Assembly (NCBI GenBank): GCA_050273025.1
Contig: CP158635.1
Location: 30,070,001 to 30,134,000 of the forward strand
Direction: 5' to 3'
Source of the DNA: Cenococcum geophilum
Lineage: Eukaryota
Length of the DNA: 64,000 bases
The notes under the pieces were generated by a model. The model made no database searches and was not told the origin of the DNA. It was given only the letters and a program-made list of their open reading frames with translations. Position 1 is the first letter of the stretch, and each line of letters begins with the position of its first letter. Of the stretch, positions 50,450 through 63,500 are shown in pieces. A program made the position numbers and the translations under genes.

Positions 50450-51997
50450 CTGCTAAAAGATAAGACAAGGCTAAGGGCAGAATTCTTAAAGTAGTAAAGC
50501 CAGTTAAAACTAGATAGAATAGTTATTATAACGCCTTTACCTAAGCCGTCCTTTTTCGCGGCCTAATTAATTTAATTCCGTAACATATAATTCGGAAATA
50601 TAATAAGGAAGTGGCTCCTCTAATAGCTAAAGGAAAGAAGGTACCTTTACCTCTATTACTTATTATAGGCGGAGCATTAACCTCTAACGATTAAGACGTT
50701 ATTATTAACTATATTAATATTCTATTACCAATTTACGAAGCCATTAAAATGCTTAAAGCTAGAGGCAAATTGGGCCTGTATAGCGCGATTTAGGAGGTAA
50801 TTCCTATACTTAATTAGCTGCTTAACCTCTTTAAAGAAAAGAAGGCCTAAGTAGCTAAAGTAATAATAGAAGGCTATCCTAATTAAGAACTAGTTAAGGA
50901 TTACTACGTAATTAACCTTAATTATAGGTGGTTAAAACTGCAGAAGTATTTTAAGAAACTTAATAAGACTCCCGTCTACTACGCAGCCGTTCTACTTTAT
51001 CCTTTATATAAAAACTTCTGCAAATATACATAGGTAGATCGCCTAGATTGGCTAATTAAAAGCAACTTAGCTTTTTTTAAGCTTTAGCTTTAATATAAAG
51101 CTAAACTAGAGGCCTTAATTATGTTACTAACTTAGTTACTAACTTAGCGGCAAAAACTATCGCATACGGCGTCCGGTAGAGACGACTATATTTAAGCCAA
51201 TACTTGTGGCTCTTAAGGCCTTATTAACCTTAATAAGTATAAAGCTTAGAGAGTTTAAGAGCCTTTTAATTATAATTATTCGCTTATAAGCGATCCTATA
51301 TTATATTAGTGGTAGAAGCAATTAACTTAGCTAAAGCTCTTAAAGATGGCTCTTAATATATTAACAATACTAGCTATAAGCAATAACTGCGAAAACGCCT
51401 TTAGTAAAGCGGGTAATCTTTTAGAGCTATATCGCTTAAGGCTTTGGCCTAATCTTATTGCCGCCTTGCAGTGTAATTATAGCTATAAAAGGATGGGCTT
51501 TAAAAGATCTAGTATGGATAGTAAGTAAGTTACGATCTATATAGGCGATAGCTAACATTTAGGTGCTTTAAAAGTAGAAGCCTTATCACCAGAGCCTCTC
51601 TTAAAGTCTCCCTTAGAACCTCGCTCAAAGCCTCCCTTAGACCCTCCATTAAAGCCTCGCTCAAAGCCTCCCTTAAAGCCTCCCTTAAAGCCTCCATTAA
51701 CGCGTTCCTTAAAGCCGCTCTCAACACCTCGCCAAGCTTTGCGATAACTACCCCTACGTAACTACATTATATAACTACGAGTTGGGCCGTGGAGGAGAGA
51801 TTTTGGGGTGGCCTACAGCCTTAATTTTGTATATAACACCAAGACTTCTATATAAAATTTAATTAAGCGGGCAAGCAAGCTAAGTAAGCCGATAATTTTA
51901 GCCAAACAAGCCAAGCAAGCAAGCTTAAGGTGTTAAAAATTACAAGCTAGCAAGCTAAGCCTGCTTAGCTTAGCTCGTTTACTTATTCCCAACTCTG
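50450..51997 (+). mobile_element. 3' half of a hAT-family DNA transposon with right end
   Basis: TR(W)NS at ~50508, TPVYYAAVLL (~50968) and the dimerisation domain MALNILTI..S...ENAFSKAG (51346..51528 ORF). CAAG(C) subterminal repeats at 51870-51985 end in TTCCCAACTCTG (TIR rc CAGAGTTGGGAA). The left boundary is approximate and the N-terminal half is absent. Confidence 0.85.
51591..51734. repeat. 12-bp tandem array (consensus AAAGCCTCCCTT, ~12 units) in the hAT 3' region
   Basis: Units read directly: agagcctctctt aaagtctccctt agaacctcgctc aaagcctccctt... Confidence 0.9.
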
Positions 51998-52246
51998 TAT
52001 CTAGATTAGGTTATGGCCTGTGGATAAGATAGCTAAAGATAGGAAGAGGGATAAATTGTCTAATCCTTAGAAATGGTCTTGGAGACGGATGCTTAACTAG
52101 GTTAGCTATTAACCCATAGGCTTTGCCGCAGGCTCTACTATAGGTATAGAATGTTTAACTAGGGGATAGTCAAGTTCTAAGGTGGGGGAGGGGACGTAGT
52201 GTGGGAGGGTACAACCACTCTCAGATGGGAAAGTCACAGTGCTATC

Positions 52247-52331
52247 TGTCAGTCAGTCAGTCAGCCGGTCGGTCTGTCGGTCGGTCAGTCGGTTGGTCGT
52301 ACGGTCGGTCGGTCGGTCGTAATCAGTCAGT
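52247..52331. repeat. Degenerate (AGTC/GGTC)n microsatellite
   Basis: tgtcagtcagtcagtcagccggtcggtctgtcggtcggtc... Confidence 0.9.
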
Positions 52332-52485
52332 AGAACAGTTAGTAAGAAAGAAAGAAAAGAGTGTATTTCCGGTAACTGGTAAGGTCGTGATATGTATATA
52401 ATAGAGGGAAGAAGGAAGGAAGCCGAAGGCTCTATAAATATAGGAAAATGCCAAGACAGTAGGCGACGTCCAATCTACACCACTA

Positions 52486-52976
52486 CAGTAAGTAACGGCC
52501 GTATAAAAGATTTCTATTTGTTTGCTTAATTACAGTATTTCTTAAAGCTCCTTTTCTTATTTACTTTCTTAATTGCGACGCGTTAAGATGTATTAGTCGC
52601 GACGACCTACTATAAAGATGTTAGTTTAGCTTACCGCCTATTACCGAGCCAATAGCGATTTTCTATCCTGGGGATGGAAAATCCTAATTATTTAGCAATA
52701 GAGCCGGCAGAACTCTATACCGCCCCTAGAATTTAATACTATGTTTTCGAAAATATTGGGAACTCGCTAAGGACGTAAAAGAGCCGCATTACGTCCCACT
52801 AAAATTTGTATAAGAGGCAATTCTTTTAATTTTAAGCACCACAATTAAAGTTATTATAGGCCGCCGCCTTCTAGATAAAGTTGTTTATAGAATTAAGATT
52901 TGTATTAAGGCTAATAAGGCAGTACTAGCTATTGTAGAGGCTGTTAAGGTAGGCAAGAAGACAATTTATAAGATAC
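52486..52976 (+). mobile_element. Probable 5' end of a Tc1/mariner-type transposon, interrupted by F
   Basis: De-RIP frame from 52856 reads (M)GRRL.D.VV.RI.I.I.A..AV.AI.EAVKVGKKTIYKI, which is HTH-like and stops exactly at the F LTR. Candidate TA|CAGT ends at 52486 or 52533. No DDE domain in the window. Confidence 0.45.
52629..52723. promoter_or_regulatory. Palindromic cis-module (copy 3)
   Basis: gcttaccgc..gagCCAATagcGATTTTCTATCCTGGGGATGGAAAATCctaatt..aatagagccggcagaactctataccgc is collinear with 28232-28333. Confidence 0.5.
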
Positions 52977-55900
52977 TGTTAATTGGTAGTCCGTGTACCG
53001 ATTATAAGAAAAGGATAATAACTCTATCTATTAAATGTGGCTTTAAGAGCCTCTATATATATATAGGAAAGGTATAGGAAATAAGGATAAAAGGGGGTAG
53101 GGGGGTGGTAATGGAAATAAGAAGTAGGTGACCGAGTTAATGACTAAGTTAATGACTAAGTTAATGGGAGATAGCTAAGCCGGCGATAAGACAACCTGAT
53201 TTAGGTTAATATATCCCCCCTAGCTAATTAACTGGTAGGTGATTAGCTAAATATACCTAAATAGGAAATATCTATAGTGTTAAACTAATAGAAACCATCT
53301 GAAAGTAAGAACTTAGTGAGGAAATTATATAAATAGGTTAAATAGTAAAATTAAATTTAACTATAATAGGGTCTTAATATTAATTAGATTTAGTTATTAA
53401 ATAAAGCTCTTATGCTTCTGCCTTAGTAGGGCCTTCGTAAGACCGTTAGCCGTTATGTTAGTAGTAGAAACCCACTTAATTACAATTAAGCCTTTTTAGA
53501 CCTTTTGGCGAAGCTAGTGCTAGTAAATATCTACGTAATAAAGCTTTATGTTTAATTAGTGTCCGTTTTTAGTAAGTAGTTAAATCGTCTATAGGTTGTT
53601 ATAGCTAATTATATACTTCTTATTTGTGTAGAGTTATATAGCTTAAAAGAATCGCTGCTACTAAATTAATTCGGTAGCTGCATTTGATAGAGCCTTAAGT
53701 TTAGCTTTAGTGCTTAATATCGTAACAGTCTTCTGCTTAGTAGAGCGCTAGTTAATTACTCCCCCAAATAGTAAAAATATAAAGCCTTTAGTGCTCTTCT
53801 AACTAATAGGATTATTGCTAAATGCATTATTACTTAAATAGATAATAATTTAACTTCTAATATTCCTGTTTAAGTATTTAATCGCTAGGGTTCTCGTTTA
53901 ATAGAGGTATATAATTACTTAGTAACTGCGGCTTTATATAAGGGCGACAGATTATAAAGGAATTCTATAAGCTTGCTTAAGGCTTAAGCGACGTTAGGTT
54001 ATATAACATAGGTGGCGCAAAGTAGCAAGCCGATTTTCCTCTAATATATATAGACCTGCTACTTAAAGGCCTGCTCTAAATTAGGCAAGAGATTGTCTAT
54101 ACTTATTAGCGTATATATCAGACGATAATCTTTTAGATAGAAGCTGCTGGCGATTTTATTAATATAGGAATCTTAATAGAGCTAAAGCTTCCGTTAAGGT
54201 TAATTACAGAGGATTTTAATTTCTAAGAAGTAGGTTAGTTCTCCTAGGTTCTTAATTTTATACTTCTTTATTAGGTCCTCCTTAAAGAGTTAAAGCTTTA
54301 GTAGGTCTTTTATGCAGTAGGCTGCTATAATATTATTAACGTAAAAGAACACGATTAGCCAGTTATTTTAAAATGGGTATAATTCTCTATTAATTACCAT
54401 TAGACCTAGGGTTATTAGGGTAGTTAAGAACTTATTAAGCTAAAGTAATAGTAATTGTTGGAGGCCGTATAAAGCTCTTTAAAGGAGTAGATGCCTACTC
54501 TTCTATTAAAAGCTATCTGGAAACTTAATATAGACTATCTTATTAACAAGGCTGTTGGCGAAGGTATTAACTATATTATATTACTAAGTCTCTAGATTGC
54601 ATATAGCGATAATTACTATTATAGCCCTAAATATTTTTACTATAAAGGTTGCTGTATATATATCCTTTTTACTAAGTTATTATAAGTTACCTCGTATATA
54701 AAGACGGGCTTTAAATTTAACTAGATATCTATTAGTATTAAACTTATAAGTAAATACCTAGGTAACGGGTAAGACGTTAAGCGATACTGTTTATTTAACG
54801 GTCTTAAATATCCCTTACTGCTTAAGATTACTAAATTCCTTATTGGCGGCTTCTGTAAAGCCATCTTTATATAGGTAAGCTTAAAGCTTCTTTTAGCTAT
54901 AAGGTGGTAATAGAAGCTTATTGTGATGTAATCGCTTTTAGTAATATTTAATTCTAGTAGCAAAAGCTTTATATAAGGTAGAAAGGGTATCTAATTACTT
55001 AATATTTATAAGGTAAGCTTCTTAACTCGTTAAGGGCTTTTTGGTTTTTCTGCTTATTATAATATTAATATCGCCTATATCGCCATGGATCTCCTATTTT
55101 AGATAGGCTTGTTCTCTAGGAACGAGTTTAAATTAGGGTTTTCGCTTAATTTAGGCACTTAACGGCTCTATATTAGTAGTATTTGATTAAGGTTTTAGCG
55201 TCTTAGCTAGGGTAGAGAGGCTAGGTATAGAGTCGTCCTCTAAGGCTCATGGGCTAATTATATTATTATCTTAATCTGTTGCTTAATCTTAATTTTTACT
55301 AAAATCTACCTATTAACTTTTACTAATAGCTATCTTGTTTTCCTTATTAACTTCTTATCTAATATCTTATTAAGCTCTTCCTATAGCGTTCTATTAATAT
55401 TGGATATATTAATTACTTCTAAAATTTAATTTGCGCGTTTTTAGAGCAGATTTGCAAGATCTAGCTAACTGTTATTATAGAGCAATTGCTTATTAAACGT
55501 TATGTCTCTTGTTTAAATTACCTTTTTTTTGCTAGGTATATAGACCCTAAAGATGTTTATTAACTAGTACCCTACTAGGTAACCAATATAAGCCCTTAGC
55601 CTAAGCTTTTGTGTGCGTAGGATGTTGTATTTAAGCGGGTAAGCTTAATAGCCGTATGCTTATAGGTAAGCTATATTTAGCTTTAATAGCAAAAGCCTTA
55701 GTGCTAACTAAAGCTTCTTAAAAGGTATTATCTAGCTAAGCTGGGCGCTTGGTGTCTTATTAATTAAATACGCTATAGCCCTAATAATTTCCGGCTAGAG
55801 CTCTTTTAGTAATTAAGCCTTAATCCGCATATATTAAGACTTAATAATAATTACCCCCTAAAACGTTCGGTAGAACCGTTTTAAGACTTTATATATAGGG

Positions 55901-56846
55901 CCGACTGCTCTAGTAATATTCCTTTTTAGGTCCTTTAGGTATTAAACTTACTACTTAAAGACGTTTTGCTATTAATTTAGATTATTGCGATCTTTAGGTT
56001 ATATTAACGTTCTACCCTATTTAAGTATTATATGATTGCTTGCGTTATTAACGACTTATAGGTAAAGGTCTTAACCTCGTTTAAATATAGAAATTTATTA
56101 TAGAAATTTATTGTCTAAATATAACTGTTATACGTTATAATCTTTAGAAATAAGCTAATACGCACTTAGTAGAAGGGTCTAGTTGCCTTATTAGTAGGTG
56201 GTCTTCTTAATATAATTTTATAATCTTTGCTAATAGTATAGGTCTTATAGTTGATTTTTGCTAGACCTTAAAGTTTTATATTACCTACTTTTTAGGGTAA
56301 ATGCTTAATTGCGTTAGGCCCTGTATAGCCTAGTCTCTTATACTAAAGTTTGCCAGCTACTTTATAATTAGGAAGGGGATCTTGTAATTAAATTGCGAAT
56401 AAGGTCTTACTTAGGGTCCTTAATTATAGCTTATTATACTCTAGGGTCAATTAATTATAATAGTGTTTATAATATATGAACGTCTTATAATTGTTTTTAT
56501 ACACTAGGTTCTTTTTATTGTCCCACTATATATCTTTATTATTAAACTTTCTTAGGTAGGCTAAATTTTTATAAAAACCTAGTATATAAGCTACGTTAGC
56601 TAAGAAGATCTTTTTAAGACCTAATGGCGTTTAGATAGTAATTGCCGCCGTCTCTATACCCTTAACTAGATCTTTACCTATCCCAGCATATATAAAGTTA
56701 TTGTTTAGTTAGAGTTTATTAACGAACCTTAATTAATTATTAATAACATATATAGTGGTTCCGTTATTAAGGATTATGCTATTATATAGCGGTAGTTAGT
56801 GTCTGCTTTATAGGCGCCTATTTAATATACGTAAAAGGTACTATTA
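52977..56846 (-). mobile_element. Ty1/copia family F: 3' LTR (~52977-53211), PPT and pol; interrupted at protease by C2
   Basis: PPT rc tatcccccct at 53212-53221. Minus motifs: KFKARL (~54720), RALYGLQ (~54480), VFFYV(DD) (~54350), protease IL(D)NGTTI (~56775). Integrase lies between protease and RT. Confidence 0.85.
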
Positions 56847-57597
56847 TATTGGTAACACAAGGTGATATTACGTAGCTACAGTTTGTAAATAGTATAATAT
56901 TGTTCTATTTTCCTCTTGCTTAAGGAAGGGCGAGGAGCTTAGGGCTCCTCGCTACGCTAGTGCCGCGGCGATATGTAACGGTAACTTGCCTCGCGTGACG
57001 GCAACTTGCCTGTATTCCCAACACTAGCAACTCTTCTTTTGCGGTTGCCATCTATATATATATACCGCTCGACTAGCGTAATAAATATTAATCCTCCTTA
57101 CTTACTATTGCCATTATAATATAAGTCTCGCTGTCCTAAAATGTGCCTCTTAGCACGTAGTGCTTTCCTACTTAGGAGTCGCAGGTAGATATCTTATTAG
57201 GAGGGCCGCTAAGGCGCTAGTAGTAAGCGAGCTAATAGCGATTTTCTATCCCGGGGATGGTAAATCCTAATTGGCTAGTTTAAGTTAGGGTCTGCAAAAT
57301 ATTATACTCCTACTCCCTTTTAACCTAACCTTTAACTTATATATATAGAGTATTTATATTAATAAACGTCTCTAGTACCTTATTTAGGTTCACCTTTATT
57401 ATCGCATTTACCGGGTTATCTTGGCCATTAATCTATTAAATCTTAAAGAGTTTTTAACGCTTATAGGATTACTAAAGTGCTATAATATTAATTATAAGGC
57501 GCTTTTCCTTTATAGTACTAAGCTTAACTAAATACTTATAAAGGGAATATAAGTTAGTGCATATAATTATAGGGATAACAGGAAGTTTAAGTCGATC
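56847..57597 (-). mobile_element. Family C copy C2: 3' LTR (56847-57023), 3' UTR with module copy 4 (57203-57297) and RNase H end; interrupted by A3
   Basis: Reverse complement of 13150-13435 and 13520-14016, with a shorter LTR variant. Confidence 0.9.
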
Positions 57598-60500
57598 TGT
57601 AACGGAACCTTGTAGTAGATACTACAGTAGGTTTGTTATTGGGCTAGGTATATAGGTAAAGCAAATTAAGTCAACAACGTAATAACAACTGGTGGAGTGG
57701 TTGCCCAATAGATTAACTTCAATTGTATTCTAAGAATCATTACAAGGAAGGAACTATCTAGGTAGGGACCAAGGGTCCTTAAATACACAACCGTACTCCT
57801 ATGAAATCCTCCTTGTACGTGATGTACGTATAATATATAAGGTATATAAGTTCCTCTTATTCCTCTCGTTTAATACGTAGCACGTTATATAACCTTGGTT
57901 ACCATTCCTTATTATATAGTTCTACTGGTTCCATCCTAGACCGTACCTATATTAACCAACTAGCTTCTTCCAACTCCTCTCCTAGTAGTTATAACATTGT
58001 ACTTAAAGCGTCCGTAATACCATCTCCCTCCTCTTTATCTTCGTCCTTAAAGATACCTAGCATCTTTAAGTTATTTACTAGAGGTATAATGTCCGTCTAA
58101 TTAATTTGGTTAATATTATTACTTATTATACCTAAAGCATCCTCTTCTTTATACGCGCAACGTTATGCCCGTACTGTTACTGCTATATTATCGCTTAGTG
58201 AAATTATACCGTCTCCGTGTTCTTGTTCTGCGAAAGAGGGGTTAGTTTATATTGCGTTAGTAAGTCCTTTATCTTAGTAACCCTCTTCTTATTTAGAGTG
58301 CACTAAAGCAAATATTTAATCGTCCTATAACGTTCGCTTTACTTCTAACGCTAAGTATACGCGTCCTATAACTCTTAATAGTCTCTAAGTTCCCTAAGTA
58401 ATTTGTTATAGGGTCTTATATTTAATCTGCTGCTGCGAAGCTTAATAGTAACCTAGCGTAGGCTCTTGCTAAGCTTAAGCGTTCCCGTAACGCGGAATAG
58501 AAGGCCCTAAATGCTCAGATTACGGCGTCTACTCGGCTGCTTTATCTTAAGAAGGTTCGCGAGAAGGTCCGTTCTAAGAAGTGGAAACTTGTAAAATAAG
58601 GTCTTTAGGAACTTGGTAATAAAAGAACGGATTCTCTTTTAATAGAGAGGGAAACAACTCTAAGTAGTTCAGCAATCGTTCTTAGGTCCCCCTTAGGTAG
58701 TTCTTTCTTTAGTAACTCCTTACTACCTAACCTTTTCTCTTCTAATACTCCTATACCTTTCCTATAGCGTTCTTTAAATTTTCTAGTAGCTCCTAGGTAG
58801 TCTCATTATAGCCTATCCACTTTACTTTATACCATATTTCATTGTCTACATCCTTGTAATTAACGATCTTTAAAACTTGCTATTTGTCTTCCTCTTATCC
58901 TCTATACGTGTCTACTTTATAGACTGGTGGCTCCACATTCCCATATACTGGCTCTAGCATCGCGATATACTATATAGGGTAGATTTTTATTCTAGCTGGT
59001 AGGTTCAACTTAAACGTAACCGATAAAATTCTTTATGTAATTTTAAAAGGTCCTAATCTAACATGGTCCAACTTCTTACTTAGTCGTCGACTCTTGAAAT
59101 TTTTGTGTAGTAGCTATACTTTATCTCCCTCCTTAAGATCTAGTCCCTCAGATCTCTTAGTATTGTAGTACTTTTTTATTCTTTGCTATACCACCTTAGC
59201 TGTTTCTGTAAGGTTCTTATAAAGAATTATTAAAGTCTCCATTCTTTCCTTAGCTGTACTACTCGTCTTCTTTGCTTAGCGTAGTGATAATAAGGTCTTT
59301 AGCTTATACCTATAATTCGCCTTAAATAGTAACATACCCATTCCTTCTTATAGTGTTGCATTGTATACAAACTATATAACTAGTAATAGCGATACCTAAT
59401 TGTTCTGTGCGTAATTAATATAATGCCTTAGATACTACTTTAGTGTCTAATTTAATCTTTCCGTTTAACCGTCTGTCTATAGATAATATACAGTAGAAGT
59501 TGCTGCTTAAACTCCTTGCTCCGCTAAGAATACTTCGTAGAATGCTGCTATAAATCTTGGATCTCTATCCGATATAATTTTGCTTAGTGCTCTATGTCTT
59601 ATAAATACTTCTTTAATATAGATTCTAGTAACATCTTCCGCTAATATTTCTTCTGTGCATACTATAAAGTATCCCTACTTTGTAAGCTTATCCACTATTA
59701 CTAAAATTACGTTATAATCTTATCCTATAATAGGATCTTTTAATTTTAGCAACTTAATAATAAAGTTCTATAATATGACCTCCTATAGCCTCTCTGGTAT
59801 CTTAATAGGTTGTAGCCCTCTATATAGCTTATGCCTTATTAGTTTATTTCTTTAGCAATCTAGACATTCCTTTATAACTTATCTTACTAGTTCTTAGATT
59901 CCGTTAATAATATACTCCTCTTAAAGTCTTAATACTAAGCCTATAGCTCCGTTATGTCCTTAAGTTAGTCCTTTATAAAACGCCTTAATAAACTCCTTTG
60001 CGATAGATCTTAGCATATACATTACTTCTTAATTTTCGTACTGCTCTAAGTTTGGATCCTCTACCTATATATCTTAAATCTTCTATGTCTAATTACTCTC
60101 TGGTAATTTATGGATCTTTTCTTCTTATATTGCTGCGATTTTTGGATAATTATACCTAATTAACCCGTCTGTATCCTTTCGCAATAAAGCCCCTAATGGC
60201 TTCTTATTGTTTTATAGTTTAGCCTTTCTACTTAGAGCATCTGCTCGTGTATTCTCCGTACCCTTAGTATGCTAAATCTCGAAATAATATTCTATAAGTA
60301 TCTCTGCCTATCTAACCTATCTCTAATTGAGTTCTTTTGTTATTAGGAATCCTATTAGGTTCTTATAGTCCGTCTTAACTATAAATGGTTTCTTTATACC
60401 TTATAAGAATGCTCTCTATTCCTTAAGTACTATAACTATACCTAATAACTCCTTGTTATAGATGTTATAGTTTAGTTTTAGTAGTGTTATCTTCCGACTA

Positions 60501-63500
60501 TAGTATGCTACTAGATGCCATCTATCTGGATACTTTTATATAAAGTATACTCCTAGTGCAAAGTCTAATGCATCTATTTTTATAACTGTCTCTAGTCCTA
60601 GTTAATAGATCTTAAGAACTAGCTCCTAGGTAAATAACCTTTTAACTTCTTAAAATAGTTCTTATTACTCTTTTCCCTATACTTATAGTTCTTCTTTCTT
60701 TATTATTTACGTAAATAGCTTAATATCCTTTAACTATTACGCTATAAACCTTCTATAGTAATTGCAAAACCCTAAAAATAATCTTAACTATATAACGTTC
60801 TCTAGTTCTTACCAATTTACTATAGCCTTAATCTTCTTTAGATCTATACTGAGTTGGCCTAGTTTAATAATAAATCCAACAAAATCTGTCTTCCTTGTAA
60901 AGAACTCGCATTTCTTAATTGCTACTAGCATTTGTTCTTCTTATAGTCTCTCTAAAACCTATTTAACGTGTTTTCCGTGTTCTTCCTTAGTTATTAAGTA
61001 GATAATAATGTCGTTAAGGTATACCATAACAAATTTATCTAAGTATTCTCTTAATACATTATTAATTCGCTTCTAGAACGTTGCTAGTACGTTTATAAGT
61101 CCAAATTGCATAACTAATGGCTTATATAGTCCTTCCTTTAACCTAAAGGCTGCCTTTTATTTGTTGCCTTCCTTAATTCTAATCTAATAGTACGCCCATC
61201 TTAGATCTATCTTTGTAAAGATTTGCGCATTGCCGATCCTGTCTTAGATTTCGCTAATTAAGGGTAAAGGATACCTATCCTTTCTAGTAATGCTGTTTAA
61301 CTGTCTATAGTTAATATATAGTCTAAGTTTTCTATTTTTCTTTAGGACAAATAGTACTAGATAACCTACTAATAACTGCGATAGTCTAATATATCTCTTT
61401 TATAAGTTCTCCTAGATAAACTCTTTAAGTGCTCTACCTTCCTCTTTAGTAAGCTTATAGATTGGAAAGAACCTTAGACTTATTCCTGGTTCTAATTCTA
61501 TTTTATAGTCCTATACTACGTACTCTAACAGCTTTTTACTTTCTAGTGACTATAACTTTTTGCTATATTTATAGTATCTCTTTGGTATATAACTTAATCC
61601 TTAATTAGTCTCTTTATATATTGCTCTAACTTAATACCATACTATCTTGGTTTATTATTATATCTTACATTATTAAGTATCTCTAATATTAACCTAACCT
61701 ATAATCTAATTAATCTTTAGATTATATTCCTGTAACTAAGGCATTCCTAATACTGCCTTATTATTCCCTAATAGTAATATATTAAAAGACATCTTAACTT
61801 ATCTTCCTTTAATGGTTAACTAAATAGGTCCTATTTTAAGATTAATAATACCTCCTCTATAGGCTATTGGATCTCCTAAAATTATTACTAATAGGTAAGG
61901 GTGTTCCTTCTATCTGTGTAGTAACCCCATTCTTTTAACTGCTATTAGCGAGATATAGTTCCTTATTGCTCCACTATCTATTAATACCTTAAACTATTAA
62001 TCTTGCCACTTAACTCGTAAATTTAGGTGTTGTCCTTAAATTCCCTTAAGGGTCTAAGGCTCTATTACTAGTTCCCTCTAGTCCTATAGGCCTCTACTTT
62101 TCCTAACTATTAGCTGCTTAATCCTGTTTATACTTAGTCTAACTTAGGCCAATACTTAGTTTGCTTTTTATCTTTAATATACTATAGACAGGTATTCTCT
62201 AAACATTCCCACTATTATCGTCCATCTAGGTATTCTTCCGTAAGGAATCTTCCTGGTTAAAGTGTTAAGTCCCCTTGTTCTTAAACTTCTACTAGGTGCT
62301 AACTATGCATATACTTAGCGTTTCGATATTTTACCTCGTCCGTTATCCAATATATCCTTATTAAATACTTTTAATTTTTATTCTTAGGTGCTCTATATAT
62401 ATTACACATATCATCCACGTATACTATCTACAATAGTGTATAATATGCTTAGTGTTTTAGGTTAACTCTTAGCTCGTTTTTATCTTTAAGTTTAAACCTT
62501 TCTCATATTAATCTAAGCGTCGCGATTTCGTTCGCAGGTACTAAGATTCGCCTCTCGCTTCTCTAGTTCTCTAATTACTCCTCTAGATCCTTTAATATTA
62601 TAATTAAGGCTCCTTTAATATAAGTTATAGCCTTCTCTGTAATTGGGTGGTTTTGGATAACTTTTTCGTCCAACTATATATAGAAATCTTCCTACTCGTT
62701 ATTGTGCCTTTGCCTATACCACTTTTAGTATAGCTGCTTAAGTATATACGGTCGGTCCGTAAAGAAGTATCTCTTTATTACTGCGTTATAACAACCTTTA
62801 GTATATTATTCCTTAAACCTAGTTAGAATCCCTAGATCCTCTTCTTACTCTAGTTTAGTAAGCCACTTAGCTCTTAGTGTGCCTACTTTTAGCCTATTAG
62901 TAATCCTTTATACTAGCGCTCTATCCCTTATACATCCTAATATGCTAAATCTCTTATCTAGTTTCTGTTCTTGCTATAAGGTAATTCTTGCTCTAAATTC
63001 CTTTATAGTTTCTTTTCTTTCGCGTCTTATAAGTGGATCCTTGAAGTCTTTATACTTCTTAATCTTAGTATTAAACTTCTAATCTTTAGGCTAAATACTA
63101 CGTTCCCCTAGTAAGTCCTCTAGGTCTATATATCTGTCTCCTAGTCTAACTACTATTTATATTATAGATTCTCTAATTTATAAAGAAGCTCTTTACCTCT
63201 TATCTATAGGTGTCCTTATTTATACTCCAAATTCTTAGTCCCTTAAATTCTTTAATCCTAAGCTTACTTCTAACTTAAGCTTGGCTCCCGCCTTAGTCTT
63301 ACTAGGCGTCTATAGTGTTCTTATCTCGTCTTAAGAGTTTTAAATCTCACTTATCTCGTCTTAAGAATCTTGTGCCGTGGGAAACTCTTATCCCGAGCTC
63401 ATTCGTATGTTTTTAAACTAAGCTACTGCCCTACTCTATCGGTTTTCGTCCGTTATAGGTCCTTAGGTACGCCTTATCTTATCTTAAGAATCTTAAGCCT

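Noticed and set aside
51530..51727. ORF with (EALR)n repeats
   Set aside because: It is the translation of the 12-bp tandem array and has a non-ATG start.
52201..52401. ORF with SVGR repeats
   Set aside because: Microsatellite translation with a GTG start.
54721..54963. 80-aa minus-strand ORF
   Set aside because: Out of frame with the F reverse transcriptase it overlaps.
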